The notes under the pieces: generated by a model
Seen by the model: the letters and a program-made list of their open reading frames with translations, nothing else
The model's database searches: none
What the model was told of the DNA's origin: nothing
DNA from: Amoeboaphelidium protococcarum X5
Lineage: Eukaryota > Fungi > Aphelidiomycota
DNA: 64,000 bases
Assembly: GCA_023515725.1 (NCBI GenBank)
Contig: JALDTO010000156.1
Location: 63,182 to 127,181, forward strand
Direction of reading: 5' to 3'
Shown here: positions 1 through 13,467 of the stretch, in pieces
How positions within the stretch are numbered: the first letter of the stretch is position 1
Layout: each line of letters starts with the position of its first letter
Translations under genes and position numbers: made by a program

Positions 1-386
1 TTTAAGAGAAATGAAGTCTCTTGTTGAATATTTTCTATGGCAATAACAATGCTTAGTACTCTATTATGAAGAACACTTGTTCGCATGAGGTGGAACGGCA
101 TAAATCCCTCACTGAAGGAAAAGCTTACGAGTCACCTGCCAATCAAGTCAAGCCAAACTGATCACAGCGAAATTGACGCAGTGAGGGATTTTCGCCAGTG
201 ATACAACGCAGATTCACACGCGCGCTGTGCGGTATTTTTGCCAAATCAAACGATTTTCTAAAATCTGATAGTATTCTTCTTCTCTTCTCATCACAAGTTT
301 CAAGTTTTTGAATAAATACAATACTTTGAACTAATAACTATAGTCAGTAATAACAAGTCTATCTGATCAAGATCTAATTGAGCGAA

Positions 387-875
387 ATGTCTTCATCAAA
401 GTCTGATATTAAAGTGTGCAAGTGTGATGCTAGCTGTACCTGCCCTGGAAAGTCTGGTCAATCTTGTCCTTGTCCTGGTAAGGGGTAATCATCTTCATCG
501 TCGTCTAGCGGTCCTACCAAGGCTTGTAAGGCTGGATGTTAGGGAGGTGAGAAATGTATCTGTGAGTCTGGCTGCCCTTGTGCTACTGGTAGTAAGTCGT
601 AGTCTAAGAGTTGCTGCGGTGAAACATGCAAGTGTGGCGATAACTGCAAATGCGGCGATGCTTGTGAGTGCGGCGACAAGAAGTGTTGTGGCAGTAGTAA
701 ATGCAAATGTGGTGATAACTGCCAGTGTGATGATGGCTGTGAGTGCGGAGATAAGAAGTGTTGCGGTGGCAGTAAGAAGTGCGGTGATAAGTGCAAATGT
801 GGTGATAATTGCCAATGCGGAGATAGTTGCAAGTGCGGAGATGCTAAATGTGGTTCTGGCAAGTAATGCTGTTGA
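387..875 (+). CDS. Long modular metallothionein-like protein (162 aa, ~40 Cys)
   Basis: ATG387 to TGA873-875 in code 6. MSSSKSDIKVCKCDASCTC...CKCGDNCKCGDACECGDKKCC...GKQCC; CxC/CC repeats, no aromatic residues. Absent from the ORF track because of three in-frame TAR codons. Confidence 0.85.
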
Positions 876-1132
876 TTTTTTAGCTAAATTTATGACATTG
901 AAGTTGAATGAATATATTATATTACACGATATTTTGATTTTTTGCTGTTTATATACACATTTTATTACTAAGCTCTTCAGCATTGAATAATCAATCAGAC
1001 GGAATTCTCACGCTCCTCCACCCTTTGAAACGATTGATAGACTACTGAATAGACAAGAATTTTACAATCTCAAAATCACACACATAGACGCGGCTAATAG
1101 AATAAACTTGGTATATAGTATACAGAATATTT

Positions 1133-2425
1133 TCAAAGTGATTTCTCTAATTAAACTTTTATGATGAATGGCACATATAAGTGGAATTCTTATTCGCCTG
1201 AACCATCTTTTTGCATGACACATTTTATAGGGATCCAATGCGTTTAAAGATCACTAGCCGTGCAATTTACTTTAACTTTGCATTAGAATTTCACCAACTC
1301 CTCCACATCAGCATCCAAAGTGGGTTCCACAGTCAGTTAGGTGGTATTCAACTAGGTAATTTCAACGCACTGCAACAGCTAACTATTATCGGGATCATCT
1401 ACACCGTCAATGCGTATTTAAAAAGTATACGTCGAGTTATTGGTCCAATATCCGCTAACATCAATTTCCTACTCACCCAATTTACTAAGTAAGTAAAAAC
1501 CAGGATCAAGTTGCACGAATGGATAATATTCCGACACTGTGCTTCGTATAGAATACAGGGATGACTATTATTATGATTGATTAGCGCGTACCTGCATCAT
1601 TGAATTTGGCTTAAGAACCAACTTTTCGCATTGACAGCATCTTCTGCTTAATCTCAACTTCAATTACGCTGGCTGAGGATATAATTAATGATGCTTGTCA
1701 CCTACAGTGCTATACTACAACAATTAGTATGGGCCGATCTAACTATAAAGTGGCTGGCCCGAAGGATCATCTGTCTCACTCTTCAGTAAATCCTGATCAA
1801 AATACGAGTTTCCACTCGATATTGATGATAACAAGTCATATTGATCATAGTCTACACTATCTAACTACCGCGTAACTTCTTCTACGCTCATTGACTGCAT
1901 CTTAAACCAGTTGACTAATCGCTCAACTTCCACTTTACGATCACTATTATCTGCTTGTTTAATCAATGAAGAATTATTGATTTCCTTCAGCTATTCCGCA
2001 ATACTTTTGCAAGACTTAATCCATTGCGTACTATTTACGTATTCATTCATTATAGTATTAGTGAGCCCGGTGACACTCTCTTTCAAAGTCGCGTCGAATT
2101 CCAAGTTACAAGCAGGACATTAAATCTAAGAGCCACCAACAGCATCTTACACAGTGGGAATAACGTGAGCACCACATACGCAGCTAAAGCAAGATCTCGG
2201 ACACTTCATACTAACAGGCATCGCTGCATTACTGCTGGCATATGCAATGGAAGTCAGACTCGGTTCATACTGACACTGAGGACAGTAGAAAATGTGAGCG
2301 CTACTCTTATCAATCACCGTATCATCTTTATGCATAAGCAGATTGCAATCGCTGCAATAGAAAGCATCATATATAGATTCAATCTAACCGTTCGGTAGTT
2401 TCACAAAGTTCTCTAGCGTAATCAT
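1133..2425 (-). CDS. DCTN4: Dynactin subunit 4 (p62)-like
   Basis: Open 430-aa frame in code 6 with FYCSDC, FYCPQC, KCPRSCFSCVC and LYPQPAQLKLRLSRRCCQCEKLVLKP, matching the p62 Cys-motif pattern. Confidence 0.7.
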
Positions 2426-3068
2426 AATTATATTCAGACAGTTAACGCGCGTTCTGATAAAGAGCGGTCTCTGGCAATAACAATAGAGAAAAGTCACAAT
2501 CAACCTCTGACCAAATAAATAAAAAAAAAACACTCATTAAGTGTTAGTCTCAATATTGCTCACTGTACATGAGACTGAAATATTCTTTTGATAAAAGTAG
2601 GAAATAAGCCACAACATCGCAGTGCCAAAATAGTTGAATTTCGTCAGAGAACAGACAGTTATAGCTCTGTGTGAATCCGATTATTCTACAAAATTTTGTC
2701 TCTTTAACTGCAGCAAATATATACTTAGTCTTTTAAGGTAAAGGTTAGAGAGAGAGTCAAGTGAATATGAGATTTAACAGGTATACTGTACTTACAGTTG
2801 CTTCAGCTCTTGTCTGAGTGATAAGAAGAGCGAGTGAGAGAGTGAAACGCGTCAACGCGGTTTCCGCTCAGCATAAAATCCATTCATGATCAATTGTAGG
2901 ATGAGGGGGATGATTATACAAAAAATCTGCTGCAATAGGCGTTTATTATTCTCATCACGACGCTAAAGACAGCAGCGCCTAGTTCAAAGAATATGCTGCA
3001 ATGCTAACTTCAACTAATATTACTTGGAATACGACAACTTTATAATAAACATTCAATCTCTCTATAAC

Positions 3069-3470
3069 TCAACGGTCAACCTTTTCAATCGTCTTTTCAT
3101 CTAGCGATTCCATATTCATTGCGGCAGTAGTTAAGAGCTCCATGATTTCCTAGTGATTGTCTCTCATCAATTTTCTGATGCCATCTATTGTGTTCCCAAT
3201 TCCATCAAATTTGTTCTCAATTCCCACAAATTTGCCATCAAACTTGCTTTCCATTGCATCAAACCTGAAATCAAACTTGCTTTCCATTGCATCAAGCCTG
3301 GCATCAAATTTAGCGCTAAATCTATCAAAATTGGCGTCAAATTTATCAAATCGGGCACTAAAATGAGCGTCGAATTAGTCCAATCTCCGGCCGACTGTAT
3401 AACCGGTTAGAGCGCCCCAAATCCCAATTATGCCTATTATTGTGATGAAATCTGCGTTTCTATATATCAT
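3069..3470 (-). CDS. Small protein with N-terminal TM segment and (R/K)FD coiled-coil repeats
   Basis: MIYRNADFITIIGIIGIWGALTGYTVGRRLDQFDAHFSARFDKFD...RLDAMESKFDFRFDAMESKFD; 33-bp DNA repeat at 3238-3295. The start may lie further upstream. Confidence 0.55.
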
Positions 3471-4041
3471 CTACCTAAGACGAGAATTTTTGAGTAATCT
3501 ATCGCCATTAGTACCCGTAGAATAGCTGCACTATTTCAGTAATTTTGCACAGACATTGTGGCGCTTAATCATAATGTATCTTGCCCGAAAATGGAAATTT
3601 CGCTCAGGGAAGTAGAAAGATTTTGATAATTTTTCGATTTGAACACGCGTTGGAGCAATATGTTGCTGGAACGAAAATTTGACTTTTAAAATATATCAAA
3701 TCTCAAGTTACGCTAACCGGCACAGACTCTAAAGGGTAGTCGAAACAATGTCCATTTCCCTATGTTACATACGCCAAGAACAGGAAGATCAAATTCAAAA
3801 TTATGAGAGTTACGAGGGATTGATCACACGCTAATAAAGATATAGAGCGAGAACTGGTTGTTTGTAGCCGGTCCTATCATTGAGCTAAAAGCGAGGCGCG
3901 TTCCCACACGATCGATTTTATGAGTTCGATGCCCCCTCTCTCGGCTGCTTATAACTACGGCGATCACTTCACTCACCGCAGTCTCGTACAAAACTTTGTG
4001 AAGGAGAATAACAGTCGCTGAACTTTAGACATACATTTATT

Positions 4042-5124
4042 ATGGCTGTAATTACTGACGCGTTTGTTAATCTTGGATTCGCTACTGAAAAGGTGTTGGA
4101 CAGGCTGGTTGGAGGAGAGGTGGAAATGGCTCTGCAACAGTAACTAAAAGCTCTGTTTCCTTCTGCTTATGCTTCAGTGTCCCAGGTACTCGAGCAGAAC
4201 CGATCTATTCATGTTGACCATCTGCCTCTTATGAATCCTTTGCATGTTGGCATTCTCATTGCCACGTACTTGAGCATTGTGTTTGGCGGCAAGTGGTTGA
4301 CTCAACTATGGTTAAGTCCCGCTGACAAGCCTAATGTTGGTATTCTGGTTAAAGCTCATAATCTGTTTCTACTAGCATTGTCCATGTATATGGCACTCAA
4401 TGTCGGGTATGAAGCATTTGTTAATCGCGGCTATTCCCTCTTTAATAATCCTAGTGAGGAGGTGCATGCAGCTCGCGGTCTGTCCAAGGCATTGTGGCTG
4501 TTCTACTTCAGCAAGGTGTTTGAGTTTATGGACACGTTCATTATGGTTCTGAAGTAGAACTGGCGTCAAATATCCTTCTTGCATCTGTATCATCATGCTA
4601 GTATTTTCGCAGTGTGGTGGCTAACTATCTTTGTCGCTCCTACGGGAGAGGCGTACTTTAGTGCCATCCTCAACTCTCTGATTCATGTTGTCATGTACGG
4701 TTACTACTTCCTGTCTGCTTGTGGATATGGTAAGCCGGAGAAGAAGGATGTCATTAGTTAGATGGTGAAAACGGTGAAGCCATACATCACTTTAGGCCAG
4801 ATGACCCAGTTTTGTTGTATGATGTTCCAAGCTACCTATGACATTTCCATGGCCACCGTGTTCTAATCTCCGGGTGATGCACGTTCTCAGCTGCCACTAC
4901 ACTCCCAGAGACTGCAGGATGATGGCACCTACCGCACGGGAACGTTTGCCTACCCTCTCGGATTGACTGTGATGTTGTGGGTGTACATGTGGACAATGTT
5001 GGCTCTGTTTGGAAACTTTTACGTGAAGAATTACGGCTAGGAGAAGACCGCCAAGATTGTACAAAAGTCTTCAAAGTTGGCATCTTCTACCAATGAAGGT
5101 CGTAAAATCGAGAAGGAAGAATGA
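4042..5124 (+). CDS. ELO-family fatty acid elongase (PUFA/delta-6 elongase-like)
   Basis: 360 aa; SKVFEFMDT, LHLYHH, NSLIHVVMYGYY, TLGQMTQF motifs. LPLMNPLHV resembles the Mortierella-type PUFA elongase. Confidence 0.92.
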
Positions 5125-5249
5125 GCATCACAATTGAATTGAAATGTTCATTAGGATAGTGAAAGTGATACAGTTTTTGAGACATACAGTATCAAGCAAT
5201 ATATACTTTTTGTATCTTGACTATTACCAAGTTCTCCTATCAATATAGA

Positions 5250-6680
5250 TCAAATTTGCTTTGGTTTCCACCAAGGATGCGGTTTACCATCCCATCCGAC
5301 AGTCATCAATTTTCTGACTGTATTTTATTCATCCCTGGAGCCATCTGCCTCGGTAGGTTTTTAAGATGATGAAGGAAGCCAATCGGTGAGAGCACAACGG
5401 GATAGTTAAGCCATTACTGCATCCATTAAAACAAGGGCGGCCATTGATTCCACAATAGCAACTGCTCGTGGTACCACACACGGATCATGTCTACCCTTGT
5501 TCTCAAGTATTGACATTGAATCATCGCCACTATCATCAACACCTAGTGATGTCTTGTTGTACTACGCCGTCTGCTGGGGAAGTGCTATAGTCGCGGGCGG
5601 CTTAAATCCAACTTTGAAGTAGATAGTTTCGCCATTACTGATACCACCCTATACGCCACCGCTTTTGTTTGTAGAGGTGCCCAATCTAGTACCGTTCAAC
5701 TCTGGTCTACCACAGCGACCCGTATGATCATCCTAAAGTTCAAACATATCATTGTGTTGAGATCCAAAGCTTGCTGCACCAGCAAATCCACTACCAATCT
5801 CAAACGCCTTCGTAGATGGTATGGACAGCATAGCATGTGCCAACACTGCCTCCAATTTATCAAAAGCGGGCTCACCTAGACCACAAGGAGCATTTCTAAT
5901 TATGCAAGTGATTGTGCCACCGACAGAATCCTTGTTCTACTTCTGCTGCAAGATCAACTGACGCATCAGATCAGATGACTCCTAGTGTGGACACCTAGTA
6001 TCAAATTTGTCGACATCTTCCCGGGTCAATACTGCCTGTTGATTGCCATTGATGTACTTATCCACCTGCTCCTACGGTATGTGTATTTATCCAACAGATG
6101 ATACAAAGGCCACAATGTCTATTCCCAATTGCTTCAGGTACAACTCAGCGACGGCACCTGCAGCAACGCGTCCAATAGTCTCCCTCGCACTAGACCGTCC
6201 GCCGCCAGAACTTGCCTTGACACCATACTTTTCCAAATATGTGAGATCGGCATGACTTGGCCGTGGCATCTACTCCATTGCTGAAGTTAATTTTTACTTT
6301 TGCTGTTACGACTGTTACTATTGCACACTTGTCGAAGGAGTCTATGATGATGACGAACCATCAGCGGAAGAAGTAGTAGCAGCATCTTGCTTCTAACCGG
6401 AGTAGTCTTAGGGACGCTAATCTCGATTCCAAACCATCATGCAGAGAGGTGTACCAAGTGTCAATCCAGCCTCAGTTCCAGACATAATTTCCACCTGATC
6501 ATACTCATTACGCGGCGTACTCAGATCCGACTGGCCAGGACGTCTTCTAGACAACTGCTTCTACACATCGCTAGCACTCAACTCCATACCTGGTGGCGGG
6601 GAGTCTACAATAACACCCACAGCCTTACAGTGAGACTCTCCAAAGGTGGTGACGCGAAAGTATTTCCCAAATGTTGACAT
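5250..6680 (-). CDS. ARO2: Chorismate synthase
   Basis: [60 protein letters not shown]; 476 aa, no introns needed. Confidence 0.97.
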
Positions 6681-6866
6681 ATCCTTGTTATTATTAGCGT
6701 TGCGCTACGTGTTGAAATTTTGATTATTCAATGAAGAGACGCCTGAAGAATGGAGCGACAATGCAAGATCAAAGGCTCGAGAACTAGTTGGCTTACGATA
6801 TACAACAAGAGCAATAGAATATTAAACAGTGAAGATAAAAAATTAAATTTATACCAGAGATGACAG

Positions 6867-8375
6867 TCATTATTTAGTCAACACTGCTATCAAAGTTTCA
6901 AATGGAATCTATGAGAGGTAATCAGTCTTGGTGTCGAATTGAAACAACTCATCAGTTTCTTCAATCACCAGATAACTTTACTGCTTTTGAGACGGTTATA
7001 AATTCTTCTATCTAGATGCCACTTTCTTCTAATCAGATATAGACAATATATCATTATTATGGAAAGACTTGTCACTATCTTTATCTATAACTTGATTTAG
7101 CTCTTAAGTAGGTGGAACAACATCGGCGCTAGAGTTAGAACTGGACACCACAGGCTACTAAGTTGATAGTAGAGGATTCTATTACTAAATAGATGCCTAG
7201 TAATTGGTATTAGCACGTCCATCGACACCTAAATTCATACGCTTCTATTTCTAGACATCTACATCCACGGCATTCTAGTTTAAGTCATCTTCTCTAGATC
7301 TCTTTATAGAAGGGATCGATTTAATTTAGGATTCCGCAGTAGATACCGAGCCATTGACACTACTTTGGTCAAGTTGTCGCGGAGCCTAATTATTCATGAC
7401 ATGACTTTAGATCTGTTACTACTACAACTATTGTTATTATTATTGCATCTATGATAATGTATGAGAGGAGGACGCGGAAGATTAAGAGGTGGCTGTTGAT
7501 ACATTGGACGATTTACGCTACTACTGCTTCTTCAACAGCAAATCCTTGACGAAATTCTCCGCTTCGCCATACAGCAATTCGTAAGATTACACCAGCTTGT
7601 CCAGCAAGACTGCATTGACAATGTAAATGCTAGCAGGAATCAGTTCCAACTAATGTGCCATAACAACCCAAATCTTTTGCAATTTGTCAACATTAACAGC
7701 GCATCCATGTAGAAAAGATGGCTCAATCTACGATTTTTAATAGATCTTTTGCCATTTGAGGAGACTATCACGCAAAGGACGCAACTTGCTCTGTATTAGA
7801 GTCTATTCATTAGCCGGTAGTCCAATCTAGACTTTCAATTTGGACCCGTCTGATAAAGTGACAGATTATTATCCGCTTTGATTAAGCTCCAACTTGACCA
7901 AATTTAGATCAATCAGCGGCGTCTAGACTATTGGGGCTTAAGGTTGCGGCTATGAAGTTTACTGTTATTATTAGGATGACTAATTATTATTATATATCTG
8001 CGTCTAAGAAGGCATAAATTAAGACTTATTTTAAATGCTATTAGACATGGCGAGGTCAGGCGCCGCTGTTGTACCTACGCCACCACCGTTACTGCTACTA
8101 CCATGACTACTACCATTAACATTTGAAGGCTATTAAACCGACGACAATTTCTAAGTGGCTCGCTGAACAATACTAGTAATTTTATCAGTAATCTACTTGA
8201 GATACTATTACTTTACCAGACCGCACTGACTGAAAGCATCTTGTTCTATTTTCTGAGCAACTTTCATAATATTATCCAGCGGCAGAGTCTAGCCAAAATG
8301 CTACTACAACCTCTAAACCATCTACAAGAGAATAGATTTTCGATCGCTTTAAGAAACTGGTGGTACTGAAGACAT
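6867..8375 (-). CDS. Gln-rich protein with N-terminal KIX-like domain (MED15/Gal11-like)
   Basis: 502-aa code-6 ORF; VAQKIEQDAFSQCGLVKQQYLKQITDKI resembles the Med15 KIX-like domain; followed by Q-rich tracts. Confidence 0.5.
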
Positions 8376-8922
8376 CTTTGTGCTGATACAGGTCAAAATA
8401 TGATTAGATTATGATTGAATTACCTGTAGATGTTTGATCTTGGCAAGACTTTCGGTAGTAAAAAGGAAAAGAACGCGAACGATTAGATGAGCTTTCCTCT
8501 CACTTCAAACTAGTGGTAAAGTATAAATGTATGCACCATCTATTTGAGCCATTAAAAAATTACTTCAAACAATGGATAAGTGATAGATTAGTCAATAAGG
8601 GGATTTGAGAATATATTCATTGTTTCACCTTATCATCATTCACTCTCATCAATAACAGTAACAAGATGTGATGTGATGTGATAATGCGAGATGAATCAGT
8701 ACGCGCGTGAATCTCAAAGTTGTCGAAACAACAACGATGACTGGCGACGCGCGCTCTCTCTCAGTCTCTCTCTTTTCCATTGTCACTTTTACTGTCTATC
8801 TGTCATTAGTTTGGTTGTAACTAGTAATTTCCCGTATTATATAACTGTCTTTTTATAATTGACACTTCTTAGTCTTTAATTCAATTCGTAAAGGCAATAT
8901 ACATCATTTATCATCTGACAGT

Positions 8923-10518
8923 ATGTTATCTGCAAATAGACCGCATGAAAGTTATGCTGCTGCCGTCCACGATGCCCCTCCTCAGCCTATCCCTGGTACC
9001 AGTAAGCTGGCAGGCTAGAAGGATATGAGCTCATCCTCTTCATCCTCCTCTGATGGAAGTGCCACTCCATAGTAATTTCAGAAGGATGGCTTGAATCAAG
9101 ACCTTGATATGATGATCGAGAACAACACTCAGATTATTGAGATGAACACTGTTGAAGTGAGCTATCAGATTGGTTTGCCGTAACAGGATGAGAATCTGTC
9201 TCTGTGGTAGGATTTCTATGGTGAGACGATTAGCTATGCCAATTTCTTAATCTCCCTCACCACTGAATTGTATGAGATGGTTTCCGAATGGTGGTCTGGT
9301 TTGCTAGTGGACAATGTACCTGGTATGCGTGATGTTTTGGAATAGTCTACCAAGGATTTGAGTCTGTGGGAAGGTGCATGGAGATGGTCTTTTATTAATC
9401 TGTTTGGGCCTTTGCGTGTTATGTACTCTCTGCTGGCTCAATATGCTCGCAATAATCCTACAAGAGGTCCTATTCTTATTTGGACATTGGCTCTGGCTTC
9501 TACTCCAATTTTGATTGCTTCAGTTGCCGCATTGTCTGTTATTGGCTGGACTTTGGCTGTGTCTTCTGTCATTTTAGGCCTGTCTGTTGGTGGATGGCTG
9601 TTGTTTTCATCCACTGCTCTGTTCTGGTCTTTTATTGGAGCGGCTGGTTTGATGTCCTCGTACTGGATTACGATGTATGTTATGAAGTAGTCTAAGCGTC
9701 TGGTCGGTAATGTTCTCGGTTTTGCTTCTGAAGCTGAAGATAAGCTGTCTAGCCGTGTGTCTCAGGTTCGTGATCAGGTTAAAGGAAAGCTGTAAGAAGG
9801 TTATGAAGATGTGAAGGAGAGTTCTGCCCAGTTGGCTTCCAAGGTTAGAAATCAGTCTTCAGAATTAGCTAGTGAGTTTGCATCCAAAGTTTAGGAGTCC
9901 TTCCCACAAGCAACAGAAACTGTCCAGTCTGCTGCGTCTGATGTGAAAGACTATGCTCAAGATGTGGCTGGCAAAGTTTAGCGCGATGGATTAGTAGCTG
10001 GTGCATAGAAAGTTGCAGGTGACGCTGGATAGCAAGCTTAGGATCTATCCAAGTAAGCCCGCGATGCTGCTTCTGAGAAGGTGAATGAGCTAGGTGAAAA
10101 GGCTCGCGAGACTTTCCCAAAGACTGCAGATGCTTTGCAAACAGTCTCTGATGATGCAAAAGACATGAAGGATTCTGCAGTAGAGACTGTCAGTGATTTG
10201 GCGGGTAAAGCAGCTGATCTTGCTTCTGAGAAAAAGGATTATGCTTTGGACAAGGCTGAAGATTTTGTCAGTGTCGGTGCTCAGAAGGTTTCAGATGCTT
10301 CGTCCAACTTGAACAGTAAGTCTGCCCAATTCAAGGATAGTGCAATTGATCTGCTGGAGAAGAGCAAGTCTGATAGTTTGAGCAGCGGTGGTGAGGATTT
10401 GGATGAGAATGATTATCATGATGTCAAGCCGTTACAGGAAGAGAGTTTGGGCGAAGAGGCTCAGCACAAGGTTGAGGAGCTGCACAGTCACCATGCAAAA
10501 GTCATTCGTCTAGCTTGA
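8923..10518 (+). CDS. Putative lipid-droplet/membrane protein: long hydrophobic hairpin plus LEA-like amphipathic tail
   Basis: 531-aa ORF; ~70-aa uncharged stretch (ILIWTLALASTPILIAS...YWITMYVM) followed by A/K/D/E/S-rich repeats. Confidence 0.65.
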
Positions 10519-10750
10519 TCTTGTAATTGAATATTAATAATGAAGTCCTGAGGTAATATTATATCGGTATTGTAATTCACAATTATCTCTTTCTTACCAT
10601 CCACTTTTAGTTGTAGCAACAGATTTTTAGATCATCACGCGTTGTTTCACTCTTGTCGCGTCGAATGCTCTTTCTGTTACAGAGAAGGTCGCTCCATCAT
10701 TTCTCAACTTAAGTGCTAGAAGAAGAAGATAGAGTGTACTTTTGAGCAAA

Positions 10751-11772
10751 ATGGGGGAAAGTAGATAGGAACTTCTTGCTTGGTTGAACGACCTCTTGCA
10801 GCTCAATTATACTAAAATTGAACAAATTGGAACTGGAGCAGCCTTGGCTCAAATATTTGATTCTATTTTCGGTAGGTGACAGTTTGCTGATACAAAGTTC
10901 ATCAATGTTCGTAATTAAATCTTGTAGGTGATGTGTAAATGAGTAAATTAAAATTTAATGCTCTGCATGAATATGAATACGTCAACAATTTCAAAGTTTT
11001 ACAAAAGACATTTCTTGACCACAAGATTGAAAAGGTATGAAATTTACATTTACAGATTAATATTCATTTAAAAAAATATTACGTGTCAATGTAGGTAATC
11101 CCAGTGGAAAGACTTTTGAAATGCAAGTTTCAAGACAATTTGGAGTTTCTGCAATGGGTGAAACAGTATTGGGACAGCCATTTTCCTGGTGGATCGTACG
11201 ATGCCGTATCACGAAGAAGGTCAAAGTCAGCAGGCAGCGGTGGTGGAGGTGGGTCGCGTGCTGCAATGGCCAACTCAACGGCCAGCGGAAGTGCGAGAAA
11301 ACTTCCATCTGGTGCCGGTGCTGCGTCTAATTCATCGCGTTCGCTGAAACAAGCGTCCAACTCTCCTGCTCCGAATCGTGCGGCTGCTCAGAGAAATGCA
11401 GCTGCTGGTGCACCTGCTGTATCGCGTCCTTAGGTGTCTACTGCTCAAGTTGACGCGTTGAATGCGTAGATCACTCAACTTTAAGTGATTGTTGATGGAC
11501 TAGAGAAGGAGCGCGATTTCTATTTCAAAAAGTTGCGAGATGTTGAAATCTTGGTCCAGAATCGCCAAGGTATGCATTTTTTAACTTTAGATATCTTAAT
11601 AGTTATAAAATTGAGAACGAGCTTTGTAGATCAAGAAGGTTCATCTGATGTGGGGAAATTCTGTCAGGAGTTATCAAGTGTTTTGTATAGCACTGAAGAA
11701 GGATTTGAATTACCTCCTGATGATGACAACTTGGTTGAGCCTGAGGCTCAAATAATCGATGAAACATTCTGA
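10751..11772 (+). CDS. EB1: EB1/Bim1/Mal3 microtubule plus-end binding protein (4 exons)
   Basis: MGESRQELLAWLN CH domain, [28 protein letters not shown]-terminal DETF. GT-AG introns at ~10872-10927, ~11035-11094, ~11570-11629. Confidence 0.95.
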
Positions 11773-12163
11773 TAATAACAGTGCTGCAATGTGTTAAATC
11801 TGTGGAATTTAAATTTAAATCATTTGCATTTTTAATAAGCCATTACATTCTGAGTACGAGATGATTACTAATATTACACAGATACTGCACAGAGATGCAC
11901 AAAATGCCCAGACGCCAAGCTGAAGGTCACTTCGCAATTCAATCCAGTTTCAGCCAATCAGCATTCGGCATTTGATCAGGCGTACGACTTTCTGTTGCAC
12001 CGTTACTTGTGATTAGCCAATTAAAGGATTAACTTCTTACGATTAGATTACCTCTGTCTGCTCAGTTCAGTATCTGTCTTCCTTCGCTACATTTCCATTT
12101 AAAATTGATTAGCGCTTTATCAGCATCTAAGAGCAGAATAAGTGTTGATTTGAATAAGGAATT

Positions 12164-13330
12164 ATGTTTACAGGATTTTCATATTTGGACGCGGCATTCA
12201 CGTTAATTGCCTATGGAGTATTCATCTTATATAGAATCAAGACTAATGATGGAGTTAGAATACTCAGTGCAAAGGCATTGAAAAGGATTGAATTGAAAAG
12301 TGTCGCTATAATTTTACTGCTATTATCTCTACTCGTGCTCGTGGTTTACAACCTCATTGCAGCCGTAGTGAAGTATCGTCAAGGATATTATGTGGACCCA
12401 GTGACTGGAATAATCATCACGCGTCCTCTATCGGAGTACAATCGACAAGACTAGAACATCTTCCCGAGTATCTCTGTTTTGCTTAATCTCAGCTGGACTC
12501 TACAATGTGCATCTCTATTCTTATTGATGGCTCTGTGGAATCACATGTCTAAAGCTGAATTGAACAAGCAGTTCATGTCCTCCTTTGAGTTTAAGGCTTA
12601 CGCTATCTACTCTATGGTGAGTCTCAGTATCTATCCCTTCTTGTAGGTGTGGTATTTTATCTCGTAGAATGTGATTGTAAGTGGTGTTGTGCCGATCTTT
12701 GTTTACGTGTTTCAGTGTGTGCTGTTACTGGTGCTGTCTCAGGTGTCTCGATTCAGATTCAAGAAACTGGCTTTGCAGCTGCCTGTGTAGACTAAAGCAC
12801 ACTCTAGAATCAAGTATTATGGCCGCATGAACAATTTCCTGACCGTGTCAATGCTGTTGATTGCAGTCGGCCTGGGTGCCATTGCTGTAGATGCAATCTC
12901 TTCTGACATGTTCTTTTACAATCAGTTCATTTTGGATGTGTTTACAAAGCTGTACACGCTTGGTATTACTTCATCTTATGTGATTGCAATCCTGATCCTT
13001 CTACCTCCTGCTGTGTCTGATGGCAGCGATATGTCAAAGAATTATGGTGGTGTCAACAATAACGGTGGTGTGCACTTGATTGTAGAGCCTTTGAAAAAGT
13101 CTTCTCAATAGCACACCGTTAAAACCGGTCGTGACTCTAAGACTCTTACAAGTCCACTGTCCGCACACAGTAATAATAACGGTGGCCCAGTCTCTCCACT
13201 GAGTCCTAGTGGTCGTCAGCAGTATTTGGTTGATAGAGACACGCGCGGCTTTTTTAAAGTTTAGAAAACTCCTCCTCAGTCTCCTGGCTCTGATATGTCG
13301 ACCACTCTACGACAGTCATTCAGGAATTGA
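12164..13330 (+). CDS. Multi-pass (~7 TM) membrane protein of unknown function
   Basis: 388-aa code-6 ORF with about seven hydrophobic segments and an S/P-rich tail. Confidence 0.7.
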
Positions 13331-13467
13331 TTTTTGAGATTATAATGATAATGATGATGTGAAAATAGTATTTAGTGCAATTAAATTCTTTAATTTTCCT
13401 GATATTTAAACGTATTCAGACAATAATAACTTCCCACTTGAGCTGTTTACAAGCTATTAGGATGATC

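Noticed and set aside
424-990. 188-aa, 162-aa and 107-aa ORFs in the track
   Set aside because: They are off-frame or antisense shadows of the repetitive metallothionein CDS.
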